Shown: positions 10,401 through 25,400 of the stretch, one piece after another | Layout: each line of letters opens with the position of its first letter | Position numbering within the stretch: the stretch's first letter is position 1 | Assembly (NCBI GenBank): GCA_038087875.1 | Contig: JAXLNO010000511.1 | Coordinates: forward strand, 124,001-188,000 | DNA: 64,000 nucleotides | Source of the DNA: Malacoraja senta | Lineage: Eukaryota | Direction of reading: 5' to 3' | Program-made: the position numbers and the translations under genes | The notes under the pieces: model-generated | What the model was told of the DNA's origin: nothing | Database searches by the model: none | The model's input: only the letters and a program-made list of their open reading frames with translations

Positions 10401-13400
10401 TTTTCGCATTCTGAATTCATGTCTCTTTTCGTGTGCTGAATTTTCGTCGCTTTTCACGTTCTGAAATTCCGTCACTTTTCGCGTGCTGAATTTTCGTCGC
10501 TTTTCGCGTGCTGAATTTTTGTCGCTTTTCGCATGCTGAATTTTCGTCGCTTTTCTCTTTCTGAAATTTCCTTACTTTTCGCGTGCTGAATTTAAGTCGC
10601 TTTTCGCGTCCTGGTTCATCACTTTTGTCATGCTGAGTTTTCATCACTTTTCGCAGGCTGAGTTTTCGTCGCTTTTCACGTGCTGAAGGTTCATCATTTT
10701 TGACGTGCTGAATTTTCATCGCTTTTCGCTGGCTGAATTTTCGTCGCTTTTCATGTACTTAAATTTTGTCGCTTTGCACGTGCAGAAATTTTCTTCGCTT
10801 TATGTGTCCCGATGTTTTGTTGCTTTTCATGTCCTGAATTTACGTTACTTTTTGTGTGCTTCATTTTCATCACTTTTCGTGTGCTTCATTTTCATCAGTT
10901 TTCACATACTGAAGGTTCGTCGTTTTTAGCATGCTAAATTTTTGTCGCTTTTCCCATGATTCATTTTCATCGCTTTTCGCATCCTGAAGGTTCGTCGTTT
11001 TTAGCATGCAAAATTTTTGTCGCTTTTCCCATGCTTCATTTTCATCACTTTGCGCGTCCTGAAGTTTCGTCACTTTTTGCATGCTCAAGTTTCGTCGCTT
11101 TTCGCATCCTGAAATTACTTTGCTTTGCGTGTGCTGAATTTTCGGCGTGTGCTGAATTTTCGGCGTGCTTCATTTTCATTACTTTTCGCATACTGGTTCT
11201 TTGCTTTTACCACGCTAAATTTTCGTAGCTTTTCCCTAGCTTCAATTTCATCACTTTTCGCATCCTGAAATTTCGTCACTTTTCGCGTCCTGAATTTACG
11301 TCGCTTTTCGTGTGCTGAATTTTCGTCGCTTTATGCGTGCTTCATTTTCATCACTTTTCGCATACTGAAAGTTCGTCGCATTTAGCATTCTAAATTTTCA
11401 TAACTTTTCCCGTGCTTCATTTTCATCGCTTTCGCATCCTGAAGTTTCGTCGCTTTTTGCGTCCTGAATTTTGTCACTTTTCGCATACTGAAGTTTCGTC
11501 GCTTTTCGCATGCTGAATATTCGTCGCTTTTCACATGCTGAATTTTCACCGCCTTTCGCGTGCTTCATTTTCATCACTTTTTGCATTCTGAAGTTTCGTC
11601 GCTTTTCGCATGCTGAAGTTTTGTCACTTTTTGCATCCTGAATTTACGGCGCTTTTCGTGTGCTGAATTTTCGGCGCTTTTCGCGTGCTTCATTTTTTTA
11701 TCACTTTTCGCATAGTAAACCTTTTCATATGCTGAACTTTTATCGCTTTGCGCAGGCTGATATTTCGTCGATTTTCCCGTGCTTCAATTTCATCGCTTTT
11801 GGCTCCTGAAGGTTCGTCACTTTTCGCGTGCTGAATTTTTGTCACTTTACGCATGCTGAATTTTCATTGCCTTTCACGTGCTTCATATTCATCGCCTTTC
11901 GCGTGCTTCATTTTCATCACTTTGCGCGTCCTGAAGTTTCGTCGCTTTTCGCGTCCTGCATTTACGTCGCTTTTCGTGTGCTGAATTTTTGTCGCTTTAT
12001 GCGTGCTTCATTTTCATCACTTTTCGCATACTGAAAGTTCGTCGCATTTCGCATTCTAAATATTCATCACTTTTCCCGTGCTTCATTTTCATCGCTTTCA
12101 CATCCTGAACGTTCGTCGCTTTTCACGTGCTGTATTTTCACTTTTCGCATGCTGAATATTCGTCGCTTTTCGCTTGCTGAATTTTTGTTGCATTTACCAT
12201 GCTAAATTTTCGTCGCTTTTCCCGTGCTTCATTTTCATCGCATTTCGCATCCTGAAGTTTCGTCACTTTTTGCGTCCTGAATTTACGTCGCTTTCCGTGT
12301 GCTGAATTTTCGTCACATTTTGCGTGCTTCATTTTGTCACTTTTCGCATACTGAAGGCTCGTCGCTTTTAGCATGCTAAATTTTCGTTGCTTTTCCCGTG
12401 CTTCATTTCATCGCTTTCGCATCCTGAAGGTTCGTCGCTTTTCAAGTGCTGTATTGTCGTCGCTTTTCGCATGCTGAATATTCGTCGCTTTTCACATGCT
12501 GAATTTTCATCGCCTTTCGCGTGCTTCATTTTCATCACTTTTTGCATCCTGAAGTTTCGTCGCTTTTCGCATGCTGAAGTTTTGTCACTTTTTGCATCCT
12601 GAATTTACGGCGCTTTTCGTGTGCTGAATTCTCGGCGCTTTTCGCGTGCTTCATTTTTTATCACTTTTCGCATAGTAAACGTCCGTCGCTTTTAGCATGC
12701 TAAATTTTCGTCGCTTTTCTCGTGCTTCATTTTCTCGTGCTTTCACGTCCTGAAGGTTTGTCGCTTTTCGTCTGCTGAATTTTTGTTGCTTTTCACGTGC
12801 TCAAATTTTGTAACTTTTCGCATGCTGGATTTTACTACAATTCCACGTGCTTCATTTTCCACACATTCCACGTGCTTCATTTTCGTCGCTTTTTGCAGGC
12901 GGAATTTTCATCGCTTTTCGCATGCTGAATTTTTGTAGCTTTTCACATGCTGAAATTTCGTCGCATTTCGTGTGCTGAATTTTTGTAGCTTTTCGCTTCC
13001 TGAATGTTCGTCACTTTTCACGTGCTGAAAATTAGTTGCTTTATGCGTCCTGATGTTTCGTCGCTTTTCGTGTCCTGAATTTACATGGCTTTTCATGTGC
13101 TGAATTTTCATCGCTTTATGTGTGCTGAATTGTTGTCGCTTTTTGCATGCTGAATTTTCGTCGCTTTTCCCGTGCTTCATTTTCATCACTTTTCGCATCC
13201 TGAAGATTCGTCGCTTTTCGCATTCTGAATTTTTGTCGATTTTCATTTGCTGAATTTTCGTCACTTTTCGCGTGCTGAATTTTTGTCGATTTTCGCATGC
13301 GGAAATGTCGTCTCTTTTCGCGTGCTGAATTTTCGTCGCTTTTCACGTCCTGGTTCATCACTTTTGTCATGCTGAGTTTTCATCACTTTTCGCAGGCTGA

Positions 13401-16400
13401 GTTTTCGTCGCTTTTCACGTGCTGAAGGTTCATCATTTTTGACGTGCTGAATTTTCATCGCTTTTCGCTGGCTGAATTTTCGTCGCTTTTCATGTACTTA
13501 AATTTTGTCGCTTTGCACGTGCAGAAATTTTCTTCGCTTTATGTGTCCCGATGTTTTGTTGCTTTTCATGTCCTGAATTTACGTTGCTTTTTGTGTGCTT
13601 CATTTTCATCACTTTTCGTGTGCTTCATTTTCATCAGTTTTCACATACTGAAGGTTCGTCGTTTTTAGCATGCTAAATTTTTGTCGCTTTTCCCATGATT
13701 CATTTTCATCGCTTTTCGCATCCTGAAGGTTCGTCGTTTTTAGCATGCAAAATTTTTGTCGCTTTTCCCATGCTTCATTTTCATCACTTTGCGCGTCCTG
13801 AAGTTTCGTCACTTTTTGCATGCTCAAGTTTCGTCGCTTTTCGCATCCTGAAATTACTTTGCTTTGCGTGTGCTGAATTTTCGGCGTGTGCTGAATTTTC
13901 GGCGTGCTTCATTTTCATTACTTTTCGCATACTGGTTCTTTGCTTTTACCACGCTAAATTTTCGTAGCTTTTCCCTAGCTTCATTTTCATCACTTTTCGC
14001 ATCCTGAAATTTCGTCACTTTTCGCGTCCTGAATTTACGTCGCTTTTCGTGTGCTGAATTTTCGTCGCTTTATGCGTGCTTCATTTTCATCACTTTTCGC
14101 ATACTGAAAGTTCGTCGCATTTAGCATTCTAAATTTTCATAACTTTTCCCGTGCTTCATTTTCATCGCTTTCGCATCCTGAAGTTTCGTCGCTTTTTGCG
14201 TCCTGAATTTTGTCACTTTTCGCATACTGAAGTTTCGTCGCTTTTCGCATGCTGAATATTCGTCGCTTTTCACATGCTGAATTTTCACCGCCTTTCGCGT
14301 GCTTCATTTTCATCACTTTTTGCATTCTGAAGTTTCGTCGCTTTTCGCATGCTGAAGTTTTGTCACTTTTTGCATCCTGAATTTACGGCGCTTTTCGTGT
14401 GCTGAATTTTCGGCGCTTTTCGCGTGCTTCATTTTTTATCACTTTTCGCATAGTAAACCTTTTCATATGCTGAACTTTTATCGCTTTGCGCAGGCTGATA
14501 TTTCGTCGATTTTCCCGTGCTTCAATTTCATCGCTTTTTGCCTCCTGAAGGTTCGTCACTTTTCGCGTGCTGAATTTTTGTCACTTTACGCATGCTGAAT
14601 TTTCATTGCCTTTCACGTGCTTCATATTCATCGCCTTTCGCGTGCTTCATTTTCATCACTTTGCGCGTCCTGAAGTTTCGTCGCTTTTCGTGTCCTGCAT
14701 TTACGTCGCTTTTCGTGTGCTGAATTTTTGTCGCTTTATGCGTGCTTCATTTTCATCACTTTTCGCATACTGAAAGTTCGTCGCATTTCGCATTCTAAAT
14801 ATTCATCACTTTTCCCGTGCTTCATTTTCATCGCTTTCACATCCTGAACGTTCGTCGCTTTTCACGTGCTGTATTTTCACTTTTCGCATGCTGAATATTC
14901 GTCGCTTTTCGCTTGCTGAATTTTTGTTGCATTTACCATGCTAAATTTTCGTCGCTTTTCCCGTGCTTCATTTTCATCGCATTTCGCATCCTGAAGTTTC
15001 GTCGCTTTTTGCGTCCTGAATTTACGTCGCTTTCCGTGTGCTGAATTTTCGTCACATTTTGCGTGCTTCATTTTGTCACTTTTCGCATACTGAAGGCTCG
15101 TCGCTTTTAGCATGCTAAATTTTCGTTGCTTTTCCCGTGCTTCATTTCATCGCTTTCGCATCCTGAAGGTTCGTCGCTTTTCAAGTGCTGTATTTTCGTC
15201 GCTTTTCGCATGCTGAATATTCGTCGCTTTTCACATGCTGAATTTTCATCGCCTTTCGCGTGCTTCATTTTCATCACTTTTTGCATCCTGAAGTTTCGTC
15301 GCTTTTCGCATGCTGAAGTTTTGTCACTTTTTGCATCCTGAATTTACGGCGCTTTTCGTGTGCTGAATTCTCGGCGCTTTTCGCGTGCTTCATTTTTTAT
15401 CACTTTTCGCATAGTAAACGTCCGTCGCTTTTAGCATGCTAATTTTTCGTCGCTTTTCTCGTGCTTCATTTTCTCGTGCTTTCACGTCCTGAAGGTTTGT
15501 CGCTTTTCGTCTGCTGAATTTTTGTTGCTTTTCACGTGCTCAAATTTTGTAACTTTTCGCATGCTGGATTTTACTACAATTCCACGTGCTTCATTTCCCA
15601 CACATTCCACGTGCTTCATTTTCGTCGCTTTTTGCAGGCGGAATTTTCATCGCTTTTCGCATGCTGAATTTTTGTAGCTTTTCACATGCTGAAATTTCGT
15701 CGCATTTCGTGTGCTGAATTTTTGTAGCTTTTCGCTTCCTGAATGTTCGTCACTTTTCACGTGCTGGAAATTAGTTGCTTTATGCGTCCTGATGTTTCGT
15801 CGCTTTTCGTGTCCTGAATTTACATGGCTTTTCATGTGCTGAATTTTCATCGCTTTATGTGTGCTGAATTGTTGTCGCTTTTTGCATGCTGAATTTTCGT
15901 CGCTTTTCCCGTGCTTCATTTTCATCACTTTTCGCATCCTGAAGATTCGTCGCTTTTCGCATTCTGAATTTTTGTCGATTTTCATTTGCTGAATTTTCGT
16001 CACTTTTCGCGTGCTGAATTTTTGTCGATTTTCGCATGCGGAAATGTCGTCTCTTTTCGCGTGCTGAATTTTCGTCGCTTTTCACATGGTGAATTTTTGT
16101 CGCTTTTCGCCGGCTGCATTTCCGTTGCTTTTCATGTTTTGTAGATTTTCGCATGCTGAATTTTCGTCACATTTCACGTGCTGAATTTTCTTGGCTTTTC
16201 ACGTTCTGAAATTTTGTCACTTTTCGCGTGCTGAATTTTTGTCGCTTTTCGCAGGCTGAGGTTTTGTCACTTATTACGTGCTGTATTTTTGACACTTTTT
16301 GCATGCTGAATTTTCATCGCCTTTCGCGTGCTTCATTTTCATCGCCTTTTGCGTGCTTCATTTTTTATAAATTTTCGCATTCTGAATTTATGTCTCTTTT

Positions 16401-19400
16401 CGTGTGCTGAATTTTCGTCGCTTTTCACGTTCTGAAATTCCGTCACTTTTCGCGTGCTGAATTTTCGTCGCTTTTCGCGTGCTGAATTTTTGTCGCTTTT
16501 CGCATGCTGAATTTTCGTCGCTTTTCTCTTTCTGAAATTTCCTTACTTTTCGCGTGCTGAATTTAAGTCGCTTTTCGCGTCCTGGTTCATCACTTTTGTC
16601 ATGCTGAGTTTTCATCACTTTTCGCAGGCTGAGTTTTCGTCGCTTTTCACGTGCTGAAGGTTCATCATTTTTGACGTGCTGAATTTTCATCGCTTTTCGC
16701 TGGCTGAATTTTCGTCGCTTTTCATGTACTTAAATTTTGTCGCTTTGCACGTGCAGAAATTTTCTTCGCTTTATGTGTCCCGATGTTTTGTTGCTTTTCA
16801 TGTCCTGAATTTACGTTACTTTTTGTGTGCTTCATTTTCATCACTTTTCGTGTGCTTCATTTTCATCAGTTTTCACATACTGAAGGTTCGTCGTTTTTAG
16901 CATGCTAAATTTTTGTCGCTTTTCCCATGATTCATTTTCATCGCTTTTCGCATCCTGAAGGTTCGTCGTTTTTAGCATGCAAAATTTTTGTCGCTTTTCC
17001 CATGCTTCATTTTCATCACTTTGCGCGTCCTGAAGTTTCGTCACTTTTTGCATGCTCAAGTTTCGTCGCTTTTCGCATCCTGAAATTACTTTGCTTTGCG
17101 TGTGCTGAATTTTCGGCGTGTGCTGAATTTTCGGCGTGCTTCATTTTCATTACTTTTCGCATACTGGTTCTTTGCTTTTACCACGCTAAATTTTCGTAGC
17201 TTTTCCCTAGCTTCATTTTCATCACTTTTCGCATCCTGAAATTTCGTCACTTTTCGCGTCCTGAATTTACGTCGCTTTTCGTGTGCTGAATTTTCGTCGC
17301 TTTATGCGTGCTTCATTTTCATCACTTTTCGCATACTGAAAGTTCGTCGCATTTAGCATTCTAAATTTTCATAACTTTTCCCGTGCTTCATTTTCATCGC
17401 TTTCGCATCCTGAAGTTTCGTCGCTTTTTGCGTCCTGAATTTTGTCACTTTTCGCATACTGAAGTTTCGTCGCTTTTCGCATGCTGAATATTCGTCGCTT
17501 TTCACATGCTGAATTTTCACCGCCTTTCGCGTGCTTCATTTTCATCACTTTTTGCATTCTGAAGTTTCGTCGCTTTTCGCATGCTGAAGTTTTGTCACTT
17601 TTTGCATCCTGAATTTACGGCGCTTTTCGTGTGCTGAATTTTCGGCGCTTTTCGCGTGCTTCATTTTTTATCACTTTTCGCATAGTAAACCTTTTCATAT
17701 GCTGAACTTTTATCGCTTTGCGCAGGCTGATATTTCGTCGATTTTCCCGTGCTTCAATTTCATCGCTTTTTGCCTCCTGAAGGTTCGTCACTTTTCGCGT
17801 GCTGAATTTTTGTCACTTTACGCATGCTGAATTTTCATTGCCTTTCACGTGCTTCATATTCATCGCCTTTCGCGTGCTTCATTTTCATCACTTTGCGCGT
17901 CCTGAAGTTTCGTCGCTTTTCGCGTCCTGCATTTACGTCGCTTTTCGTGTGCTGAATTTTTGTCGCTTTATGCGTGCTTCATTTTCATCACTTTTCGCAT
18001 ACTGAAAGTTCGTCGCATTTCGCATTCTAAATATTCATCACTTTTCCCGTGCTTCATTTTCATCGCTTTCACATCCTGAACGTTCGTCGCTTTTCACGTG
18101 CTGTATTTTCACTTTTCGCATGCTGAATATTCGTCGCTTTTCGCTTGCTGAATTTTTGTTGCATTTACCATGCTAAATTTTCGTCGCTTTTCCCGTGCTT
18201 CATTTTCATCGCATTTCGCATCCTGAAGTTTCGTCGCTTTTTGCGTCCTGAATTTACGTCGCTTTCCGTGTGCTGAATTTTCGTCACATTTTGCGTGCTT
18301 CATTTTGTCACTTTTCGCATACTGAAGGCTCGTCGCTTTTAGCATGCTAAATTTTCGTTGCTTTTCCCGTGCTTCATTTCATCGCTTTCGCATCCTGAAG
18401 GTTCGTCGCTTTTCAAGTGCTGTATTTTCGTCGCTTTTCGCATGCTGAATATTCGTCGCTTTTCACATGCTGAATTTTCATCGCCTTTCGCGTGCTTCAT
18501 TTTCATCACTTTTTGCATCCTGAAGTTTCGTCGCTTTTCGCATGCTGAAGTTTTGTCACTTTTTGCATCCTGAATTTACGGCGCTTTTCGTGTGCTGAAT
18601 TCTCGGCGCTTTTCGCGTGCTTCATTTTTTATCACTTTTCGCATAGTAAACGTCCGTCGCTTTTAGCATGCTAAATTTTCGTCGCTTTTCTCGTGCTTCA
18701 TTTTCTCGTGCTTTCACGTCCTGAAGGTTTGTCGCTTTTCGTCTGCTGAATTTTTGTTGCTTTTCACGTGCTCAAATTTTGTAACTTTTCGCATGCTGGA
18801 TTTTACTACAATTCCACGTGCTTCATTTCCCACACATTCCACGTGCTTCATTTTCGTCGCTTTTTGCAGGCGGAATTTTCATCGCTTTTCGCATGCTGAA
18901 TTTTTGTAGCTTTTCACATGCTGAAATTTCGTCGCATTTCGTGTGCTGAATTTTTGTAGCTTTTCGCTTCCTGAATGTTCGTCACTTTTCACGTGCTGAA
19001 AATTAGTTGCTTTATGCGTCCTGATGTTTCGTCGCTTTTCGTGTCCTGAATTTACATGGCTTTTCATGTGCTGAATTTTCATCGCTTTATGTGTGCTGAA
19101 TTGTTGTCGCTTTTTGCATGCTGAATTTTCGTAGCTTTTCCCGTGCTTCATTTTCATCACTTTTCGCATCCTGAAGATTCGTCGCTTTTCGCATTCTGAA
19201 TTTTTGTCGATTTTCATTTGCTGAATTTTCGTCACTTCTCGCGTGCTGAATTTTTGTCGATTTTCGCATGCGGAAATGTCGTCTCTTTTCGCGTGCTGAA
19301 TTTTCGTCGCTTTTCACATGGTGAATTTTTGTCGCTTTTCGCCGGCTGCATTTCCGTTGCTTTTCATGTTTTGTAGATTTTCGCATGCTGAATTTTCGTC

Positions 19401-22400
19401 ACATTTCACGTGCTGAATTTTCTTGGCTTTTCACGTTCTGAAATTTTGTCACTTTTCGCGTGCTGAATTTTTGTCGCTTTTCGCATCGTGAAGTTTCATC
19501 GCATTTCGCCTGCTGAATTTTCCTTACTTTTCGCGTGCTGAATTTTTGTCGCTTTTCGCAGGCTGAGGTTTTGTCACTTATTACGTGCTGTATTTTTGAC
19601 ACTTTTTGCATGCTGAATTTTCATCGCCTTTCGCGTGCTTCATTTTCATCGCCTTTTGCGTGCTTCATTTTTTTAATCAATTTTCGCATTCTGAATTTAC
19701 GTCTCTTTTCGTGTGCTGAATTTTCGTCGCTTTTCACGTTCTGAAATTCCGTCACTTTTCGCGTGCTGAATTTTCGTCGCTTTTCGCGTGCTGAATTTTT
19801 GTCGCTTTTCGCATGCTGAATTTTCATCGCTTTTCTCTTTCTGAAATTTCCTTACTTTTCGCGTGCTGAATTTAAGTCGCTTTTCGCGTCCTGGTTCATC
19901 ACTTTTGTCATGCTGAGTTTTCATCACTTTTCGCAGGCTGAGTTTTCGTCGCTTTTCACGTGCTGAAGGTTCATCATTTTTCACGTGCTGAATTTTCATC
20001 GCTTTTCGCTGGCTGAATTTTCGTCGCTTTTCATGTACTTAAATTTTGTCGCTTTGCACGTGCAGAAATTTTCTTTGCTTTATGTGTCCCGATGTTTTGT
20101 TGCTTTTCATGTCCTGAATTTACGTTGCTTTTTGTGTGCTTCATTTTCATCACTTTTCGTGTGCTTCATTTTCATCAGTTTTCACATACTGAAGGTTCGT
20201 CGTTTTTAGCATGCTAAATTTTTGTCGCTTTTCCCATGATTCATTTTCATCGCTTTTCGCATCCTGAAGGTTCGTCGTTTTTAGCATGCAAAATTTTTGT
20301 CACTTTTCCCATGCTTCATTTTCATCACTTTGCGCGTCCTGAAGTTTCGTCACTTTTTGCATGCTCAAGTTTCGTCGCTTTTCGCATCCTGAAATTACTT
20401 TGCTTTGCGTGTGCTGAATTTTCGGCGCTTTTCGCGTGCTTCATTTTCATTACTTTTCGCAAACTGGTTCTTTGGTTTTACCACGCTAAATTTTCGTAGC
20501 TTTTCCCTAGCTTCATTTTCATCACTTTTCGCATCCTGAAATTTCGTCACTTTTCGCGTCCTGAATTTACGTCGCTTTTCTTGTGCTGAATTTTCGTCGC
20601 TTTATGCATGCTTCATTTTCATCACTTTTCGCATACTGAAAGTTCGTCGCATTTAGCATTCTAAATTTTCATCACTTTTCCCGTGCTTCATTTTCATCGC
20701 TTTCGCATCCTGAAGTTTCGTCCTGAATTTTGTCACTTTTCGCATACTGAAGTTTCGTCGCTTTTCGCATGCTGAATATTCGTCGCTTTTCACATGCTGA
20801 ATTTTCACCGCCTTTCGCGTGCTTCATTTTCATCACTTTTTGCATTCTGAAGTTTCGTCGCTTTTCGCATGCTGAAGTTTTGTCACTTTTTGCGTCCTGA
20901 ATTTACGGCGCTTTTCGTGTGCTGAATTTTCGGCGCTTTTCGCGTGCTTCATTTTTTATCACTTTTCGCATAGTAAACGTTTTCATATGCTGAATTTTTA
21001 TCGCTTTGCGCAGGCTGATATTTCGTCGATTTTCCCGTGCTTCAATTTCATCGCTTTTTGCCTCCTGAAGGTTCGTCACTTTTCGCGTGCTGAATTTTTG
21101 TCACTTTACGCATGCTGAATTTTCATTGCCTTTCACGTGCTTCATATTCATCGCCTTTCGCGTGCTTCATTTTCATCACTTTGCGCGTCCTGAAGTTTTG
21201 TCGCTTTTCGCGTCCTGCATTTACGTCGCTTTTCGTGTGCTGAATTTTCGTCGCTTTATGCGTGCTTCATTTTCATCACTTTTCGCATACTGAAAGTTCG
21301 TCGCATTTCGCATTCTAAATATTCATCACTTTTCCCGTGCTTCATTTTCATCGCTTTCACATCCTGAACGTTCGTCGCTTTTCACGTGCTGTATTTTCAC
21401 TTTTCGCATGCTGAATATTCGTCGCTTTTCGCGTGCTGAATTTTTGTTGCATTTACCATGCTAAATTTTCGTCGCTTTTCCCGTGCTTCATTTTCATCGC
21501 ATTTCGCATCCTGAAGTTTCGTCGCTTTTTGCGTCCTGAATTTACGTCGCTTTCCGTGTGCTGAATTTTCGTCACATTTTGCGTGCTTCATTTTGTCACT
21601 TTTCGCATACTGAAGGCTCGTCGCTTTTAGCATGCTAAATTTTCGTTGCTTTTCCCGTGCTTCATTTCATCGCTTTCGCATCCTGAAGGTTCGTCGCTTT
21701 TCAAGTGCTGTATTTTCGTCGCTTTTCGCATGCTGAATATTCGTCGCTTTTCACATGCTGAATTTTCATCGCCTTTCGCGTGCTTCATTTTCATCACTTT
21801 TTGCATCCTGAAGTTTCGTCGCTTTTCGCATGCTGAAGTTTTGTCACTTTTTGCATCCTGAATTTACGGCGCTTTTCGTGTGCTGAATTCTCGGCGCTTT
21901 TCGCGTGCTTCATTTTTTTATCACTTTTCGCATAGTAAACGTCCGTCGCTTTTAGCATGCTAAATTTTCGTCGCTTTTCTCGTGCTTCATTTTCTCGTGC
22001 TTTCACGTCCTGAAGGTTTGTCGCTTTTCGTCTGCTGAATTTTTGTTGCTTTTCACGTGCTCAAATTTTGTAACTTTTCGCATGCTGGATTTTACTACAA
22101 TTCCACGTGCTTCATTTTCCACACATTCCACGTGCTTCATTTTCGTCGCTTTTTGCAGGCGGAATTTTCATCGCTTTTCGCATGCTGAATTTTTGTAGCT
22201 TTTCACATGCTGAAATTTCGTCGCATTTCGTGTGCTGAATTTTTGTAGCTTTTCGCTTCCTGAATGTTCGTCACTTTTCACGTGCTGAAAATTAGTTGCT
22301 TTATGCGTCCTGATGTTTCGTCGCTTTTCGTGTCCTGAATTTACATGGCTTTTCATGTGCTGAATTTTCATCGCTTTATGTGTGCTGAATTGTTGTCGCT

Positions 22401-25400
22401 TTTTGCATGCTGAATTTTCGTCGCTTTTCCCGTGCTTCATTTTCATCACTTTTCGCATCCTGAAGATTCGTCGCTTTTCGCATTCTGAATTTTTGTCGAT
22501 TTTCATTTGCTGAATTTTCGTCACTTTTCGCGTGCTGAATTTTTGTCGATTTTCGCATGCGGAAATGTCGTCTCTTTTCGCGTGCTGAATTTTCGTCGCT
22601 TTTCACATGGTGAATTTTTGTCGCTTTTCGCCGGCTGAATTTCCGTTGCTTTTCATGTTTTGTAGATTTTCGCATGCTGAATTTTCGTCACATTTCATGT
22701 GCTGAATTTTCTTGGCTTTTCACGTTCTGAAATTTTGTCACTTTTCGCGTGCTGAATTTTTGTCGCTTTTCGCATCGTGAAGTTTCGTCGGATTTCGCCT
22801 GCTGAATTTTCCTTACTTTTCGCGTGCTGAATTTTTTGTCGCTTTTCGCAGGCTGAGGTTTTGTCGCTTATAACGTGCTGTATTTTTGACACTTTTTGCA
22901 TGCTGAATTTTCATCGCCTTTCGCGTGCTTCATTTTCATCGCCTTTTGCGTGCTTCATTTTTTTAATCAATTTTCGCATTCTGAATTTACGTCTCTTTTC
23001 GTGTGCTGAATTTTCGTCACTTTTCACGTTCTGAAATTCCGTCACTTTTCGCGTGCTGAATTTTCGTCGCTTTTCGCGTGCTGAATTTTTGTCGCTTTTC
23101 GCATGCTGAATTTTCGTCGCTTTTCTCTTTCTGAAATTTCCTTACTTTTCGCGTGCTGAATTTAAGTCGCTTTTCGCGTCCTGGTTCATCACTTTTGTCA
23201 TGCTGAGTTTTCATCACTTTTCGCAGGCTGAGTTTTCGTCGCTTTTCACGTGCTGAAGGTTCATCATTTTTGACGTGCTGAATTTTCATCGCTTTTCGCT
23301 GGCTGAATATTCGTCGCTTTTCACATGCTGAATTTTCACCGCCTTTCGCGTGCTTCATTTTCATCACTTTTTGCATTCTGAAGTTTCGTCGCTTTTCGCA
23401 TGCTGAAGTTTTGTCACTTTTTGCGTCCTGAATTTACGGCGCTTTTCGTGTGCTGAATTTTCGGCGCTTTTCGCGTGCTTCATTTTTTATCACTTTTCGC
23501 ATAGTAAACGTTTTCATATGCTGAATTTTTATCGCTTTGCGCAGGCTGATATTTCGTCGATTTTCCCGTGCTTCAATTTCATCGCTTTTTGCCTCCTGAA
23601 GGTTCGTCACTTTTCGCGTGCTGAATTTTTGTCACTTTACGCATGCTGAATTTTCATTGCCTTTCACGTGCTTCATATTCATCGCCTTTCGCGTGCTTCA
23701 TTTTCATCACTTTGCGCGTCCTGAAGTTTTGTCGCTTTTCGCGTCCTGCATTTACGTCGCTTTTCGTGTGCTGAATTTTCGTCGCTTTATGCGTGCTTCA
23801 TTTTCATCACTTTTCGCATACTGAAAGTTCGTCGCATTTCGCATTCTAAATATTCATCACTTTTCCCGTGCTTCATTTTCATCGCTTTCACATCCTGAAC
23901 GTTCGTCGCTTTTCACGTGCTGTATTTTCACTTTTCGCATGCTGAATATTCGTCGCTTTTCGCGTGCTGAATTTTTGTTGCATTTACCATGCTAAATTTT
24001 CGTCGCTTTTCCCGTGCTTCATTTTCATCGCATTTCGCATCCTGAAGTTTCGTCGCTTTTTGCGTCCTGAATTTACGTCGCTTTCCGTGTGCTGAATTTT
24101 CGTCACATTTTGCGTGCTTCATTTTGTCACTTTTCGCATACTGAAGGCTCGTCGCTTTTAGCATGCTAAATTTTCGTTGCTTTTCCCGTGCTTCATTTCA
24201 TCGCTTTCGCATCCTGAAGGTTCGTCGCTTTTCAAGTGCTGTATTTTCGTCGCTTTTCGCATGCTGAATATTCGTCGCTTTTCACATGCTGAATTTTCAT
24301 CACCTTTCGCGTGCTTCATTTTCATCACTTTTTGCATCCTGAAGTTTCGTCGCTTTTCGCATGCTGAAGTTTTGTCACTTTTTGCATCCTGAATTTACGG
24401 CGCTTTTCGTGTGCTGAATTCTCGGCGCTTTTCGCGTGCTTCATTTTTTTATCACTTTTCGCATAGTAAACGTCCGTCGCTTTTAGCATGCTAAATTTTC
24501 GTCGCTTTTCTCGTGCTTCATTTTCTCGTGCTTTCACGTCCTGAAGGTTTGTCGCTTTTCGTCTGCTGAATTTTTGTTGCTTTTCACGTGCTCAAATTTT
24601 GTAACTTTTCGCATGCTGGATTTTACTACAATTCCACGTGCTTCATTTTCCACACATTCCACGTGCTTCATTTTCGTCGCTTTTTGCAGGCGGAATTTTC
24701 ATCGCTTTTCGCATGCTGAATTTTTGTAGCTTTTCACATGCTGAAATTTCGTCGCATTTCGTGTGCTGAATTTTTGTAGCTTTTCGCTTCCTGAATGTTC
24801 GTCACTTTTCACGTGCTGAAAATTAGTTGCTTTATGCGTCCTGATGTTTCGTCGCTTTTCGTGTCCTGAATTTACATGGCTTTTCATGTGCTGAATTTTC
24901 ATCGCTTTATGTGTGCTGAATTGTTGTCGCTTTTTGCATGCTGAATTTTCGTCGCTTTTCCCGTGCTTCATTTTCATCACTTTTCGCATCCTGAAGATTC
25001 GTCGCTTTTCGCATTCTGAATTTTTGTCGATTTTCATTTGCTGAATTTTCGTCACTTTTCGCGTGCTGAATTTTTGTCGATTTTCGCATGCGGAAATGTC
25101 GTCTCTTTTCGCGTGCTGAATTTTCGTCGCTTTTCACATGGTGAATTTTTGTCGCTTTTCGCCGGCTGAATTTCCGTTGCTTTTCATGTTTTGTAGATTT
25201 TCGCATGCTGAATTTTCGTCACATTTCATGTGCTGAATTTTCTTGGCTTTTCACGTTCTGAAATTTTGTCACTTTTCGCGTGCTGAATTTTTGTCGCTTT
25301 TCGCATCGTGAAGTTTCGTCGGATTTCGCCTGCTGAATTTTCCTTACTTTTCGCGTGCTGAATTTTTTGTCGCTTTTCGCAGGCTGAGGTTTTGTCGCTT